Source of the DNA: Phycisphaerales bacterium JB054
GTDB taxonomy: Bacteria > Planctomycetota > Phycisphaerae > Phycisphaerales > UBA1924
Assembly: GCA_043100935.1 (NCBI GenBank)
Contig: JBICHP010000016.1
Location: forward strand, 25,520-89,519
DNA: 64,000 nt
Direction of reading: 5' to 3'
Shown here: piece by piece, positions 62,286 through 64,000 of the stretch
How the letters are laid out: the number at the start of each line of letters is the position of its first letter
Numbering within the stretch: the first letter of the stretch is position 1
The notes under the pieces: generated by a model
Seen by the model: only the letters and a program-made list of their open reading frames with translations
Database searches by the model: none
What the model was told of the DNA's origin: nothing
Translations under genes and position numbers: made by a program

Positions 62286-63215
62286 CTACTCCGCCCACTC
62301 CTTCAACGCCGCCAAGAACCCCTGAAACATCCCCGCGTCCCGCTCGGCCCACACCGTGCACCCCGCGGCATCAATAATCTTCTCGCTCACCCGCCCCAGC
62401 AACGCCATCGCCGTCCGGCTCCGAGTGTGCGTCCCCAGCACCAGCACATCCAGGTGCTCCTCCTGCGCCATCGCCGCGACCCGCGAACTCGGCGACCCCT
62501 CCTCCAGCCTCAGGCGGCACACCGGAGACCCCGGCTCCGCAGCCTGCGCCTTGGCGATCTCCCTATCCCCAACCTCACGCAACGCCGATTCCAGCCCCGC
62601 GCACGCCTCGTCCCACGACATGATCGTGTGATACCCCGCCGGCACCTCATACGCCGCGAGCACCACAACCTCCTCAGCCCCCACAGTCCGGCCGATCCGA
62701 AGCGCCCGCCGCAGCTCCAGCTGACACTCCTCGTGCAGGTCGCACGCCACGCCCACCCGCTTCGGCTCCCCACGAAACTCCGGCTGCGCGATCAGCACGC
62801 TCACCTGGCACTTCCGCACCAGCGCGTTGGCGATGCTCCCCAGCCGCCCCCGCTTCAAACCGCCCTTGCCATACCGGCCCACCACCAGCAGGTCCGCCTT
62901 CAGCGACGCCCGCAGCCGCAAAATCTCGTTCCCCGGATGCCCGCTCAGCACGTGCTGCTCCGCCGTCTCCGGCACCCCGTGCGAGGCACAAAACGCCTTC
63001 AACTCCTCCGCAGCGATCTTCAGATGCTTCTCCGCCAACCCGGGGATCGCCTTCTGCTCCACCGCGCTCATCGGCTCGATCACGTGCACCACGTGCAGCG
63101 TCGCCCCCAGCTTGGCCGCCAGGTCCGACGCCATCACCAGCCCGCCGACCGATTCCTGCGTCAGGCCGGTCGCCGCCAGAATCGTCTCGATCGTCCGAGG
63201 TGCCTCGCTCGCCAT
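62286..63215 (-). CDS. Tandem universal stress protein (two UspA domains)
   Basis: ATG at 63215. Two Usp modules, each ending with a G-x2-G-x9-G(S/T)-like segment ([46 protein letters not shown]). Confidence 0.8.
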   Translation of the reverse strand: MASEAPRTIETILAATGLTQESVGGLVMASDLAAKLGATLHVVHVIEPMSAVEQKAIPGLAEKHLKIAAEELKAFCASHGVPETAEQHVLSGHPGNEILRLRASLKADLLVVGRYGKGGLKRGRLGSIANALVRKCQVSVLIAQPEFRGEPKRVGVACDLHEECQLELRRALRIGRTVGAEEVVVLAAYEVPAGYHTIMSWDEACAGLESALREVGDREIAKAQAAEPGSPVCRLRLEEGSPSSRVAAMAQEEHLDVLVLGTHTRSRTAMALLGRVSEKIIDAAGCTVWAERDAGMFQGFLAALKEWAE

Positions 63216-63537
63216 GGGTCTGCTCCGTGCTCTGTCAGGGTCTTCGTTGCCTATCCCCTCTATCGGCTCACCGCCCGCTACAAACCCAGCAACCAGCCCG
63301 CTTCCCGCCCGCTTCCCGATCGCAGCCGCCCCGCGTGCCCCCACAAGCCCCACGCCAAGCCCCACGCCCAGCCCCACGCCCATCCCCGACCATCCTCGCC
63401 CCCAGCCCCGACAACCCCGAGCCCCGCACCAAATCGCGCTATCATCCCCGGCCCGAATAACCGCCAAATCCGACCCGCCGGAGCACCCCGTTCCGCTCCG
63501 CCGAAACCCACCCGCGGTTGCCCAGGTAGCTCAACCC

Positions 63538-64000
63538 ATGTCCATCGATCGCGCCCACATCCGCAACTTCTCCATCATCGCCCACATCGACCACGGCAAG
63601 TCCACGCTCGCCGACCGGCTCCTCCAGGCGACAAAGGCCGTCTCAGACCGCGAAGCCCGCGAGCAGCTCCTCGATTCGATGGACCTCGAACGCGAACGCG
63701 GCATCACCATCAAGGCCTCCGCCGTCACCGTCGCCCACACCGACGAAGACGGCAAGGTCTACATGCTCAACTTCATCGACACCCCCGGACACGTGGACTT
63801 CAACTACGAGGTCTCCCGCGCCCTCAAGGCCTGCGAAGGCGCCATCCTCGTCGTCGACGCCTCCCAGGGCGTCGAGGCCCAGACAGTCGTCAACGCCCTC
63901 CTCGCCTTCAGTCAGGACCTCGAGATCATCCCCGTCCTCAACAAGATCGACCTCCCCGGCGCCCGCCCCGACGAGATCGCCATGGAAGTCGAGCAGGTCC
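63538..64000 (+). CDS. lepA: Elongation factor 4 (LepA), 5' part; continues beyond the window
   Basis: [22 protein letters not shown] (G1), DTPGHVDF (G3), NKIDLP (G4). No stop before the window end. Confidence 0.95.
   Translation, partial: MSIDRAHIRNFSIIAHIDHGKSTLADRLLQATKAVSDREAREQLLDSMDLERERGITIKASAVTVAHTDEDGKVYMLNFIDTPGHVDFNYEVSRALKACEGAILVVDASQGVEAQTVVNALLAFSQDLEIIPVLNKIDLPGARPDEIAMEVEQV

Noticed and set aside
63345-63380. 12-nt microsatellite AAGCCCCACGCC x3 (plus CCCGCTTCCCG x2 at about 63297-63318) in the usp-lepA intergenic region.
   Set aside because: It is too short and simple to interpret. It is likely slippage-derived low-complexity sequence, and no structure or motif is evident.
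1-64000. Search for tRNA, rRNA, tmRNA, RNase P and cas/defence gene signatures.
   Set aside because: No T-loop GGTTCGAATCC-type sequence in a cloverleaf context was noticed. No rRNA-like conserved blocks and no recognisable defence-system enzymes (nucleases, helicases, methylase pairs) were seen. This was visual inspection only, so small RNAs could be missed.

Overview
High-GC bacterial chromosomal segment (roughly 70% GC by eye, not computed), densely coding on both strands. Most long ORFs in the six-frame track are GC-driven artefacts (Arg/Pro/Gly/Ala-rich, antisense to or out of frame with clearly protein-like ORFs). I selected one frame per locus by protein-like composition, recognisable motifs and start-codon/SD context. 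The gene content includes PEP-CTERM-type sorting tails, a DUF1559-type prepilin, an ECF sigma factor with a Ser/Thr kinase, Tat-signal enzymes, a sulfatase and an FHA-GspE ATPase. This suggests Planctomycetota, possibly Phycisphaerae-like (inference only). Housekeeping genes recognised: trkA-trkH, folE2, mrdA-rodA-rsmG, rplU, serS, maf, lpxK, lepA (3' truncated). No rRNA, tRNA, CRISPR array or cas genes were seen. Five observations stand out. (1) A cobalamin riboswitch precedes an operon with no canonical B12 genes: PEP-CTERM beta-propeller, secreted Asp-loop protein, DUF1559 pseudopilin, BFD-like ferredoxin, MFS. This is a candidate undescribed B12 capture/uptake system. (2) A REP/RAYT system has 8 copies of one GNRA-loop hairpin repeat at three loci, two of them flanking an HUH-motif transposase-like gene. 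(3) Two unrelated intergenic arrays each hold about 8 units phased at exactly 21 nt, one built on TTCGAA palindromes and one on CACGGGTG with a perfect 35-nt palindrome. (4) A lower-GC mini-island is bounded by repeats, including a 27-nt direct repeat around a 93-aa ORF. (5) A paralogous family of membrane zinc-ribbon/HEAT-like proteins is present. All function calls rest on motif recognition by eye; no searches were run.
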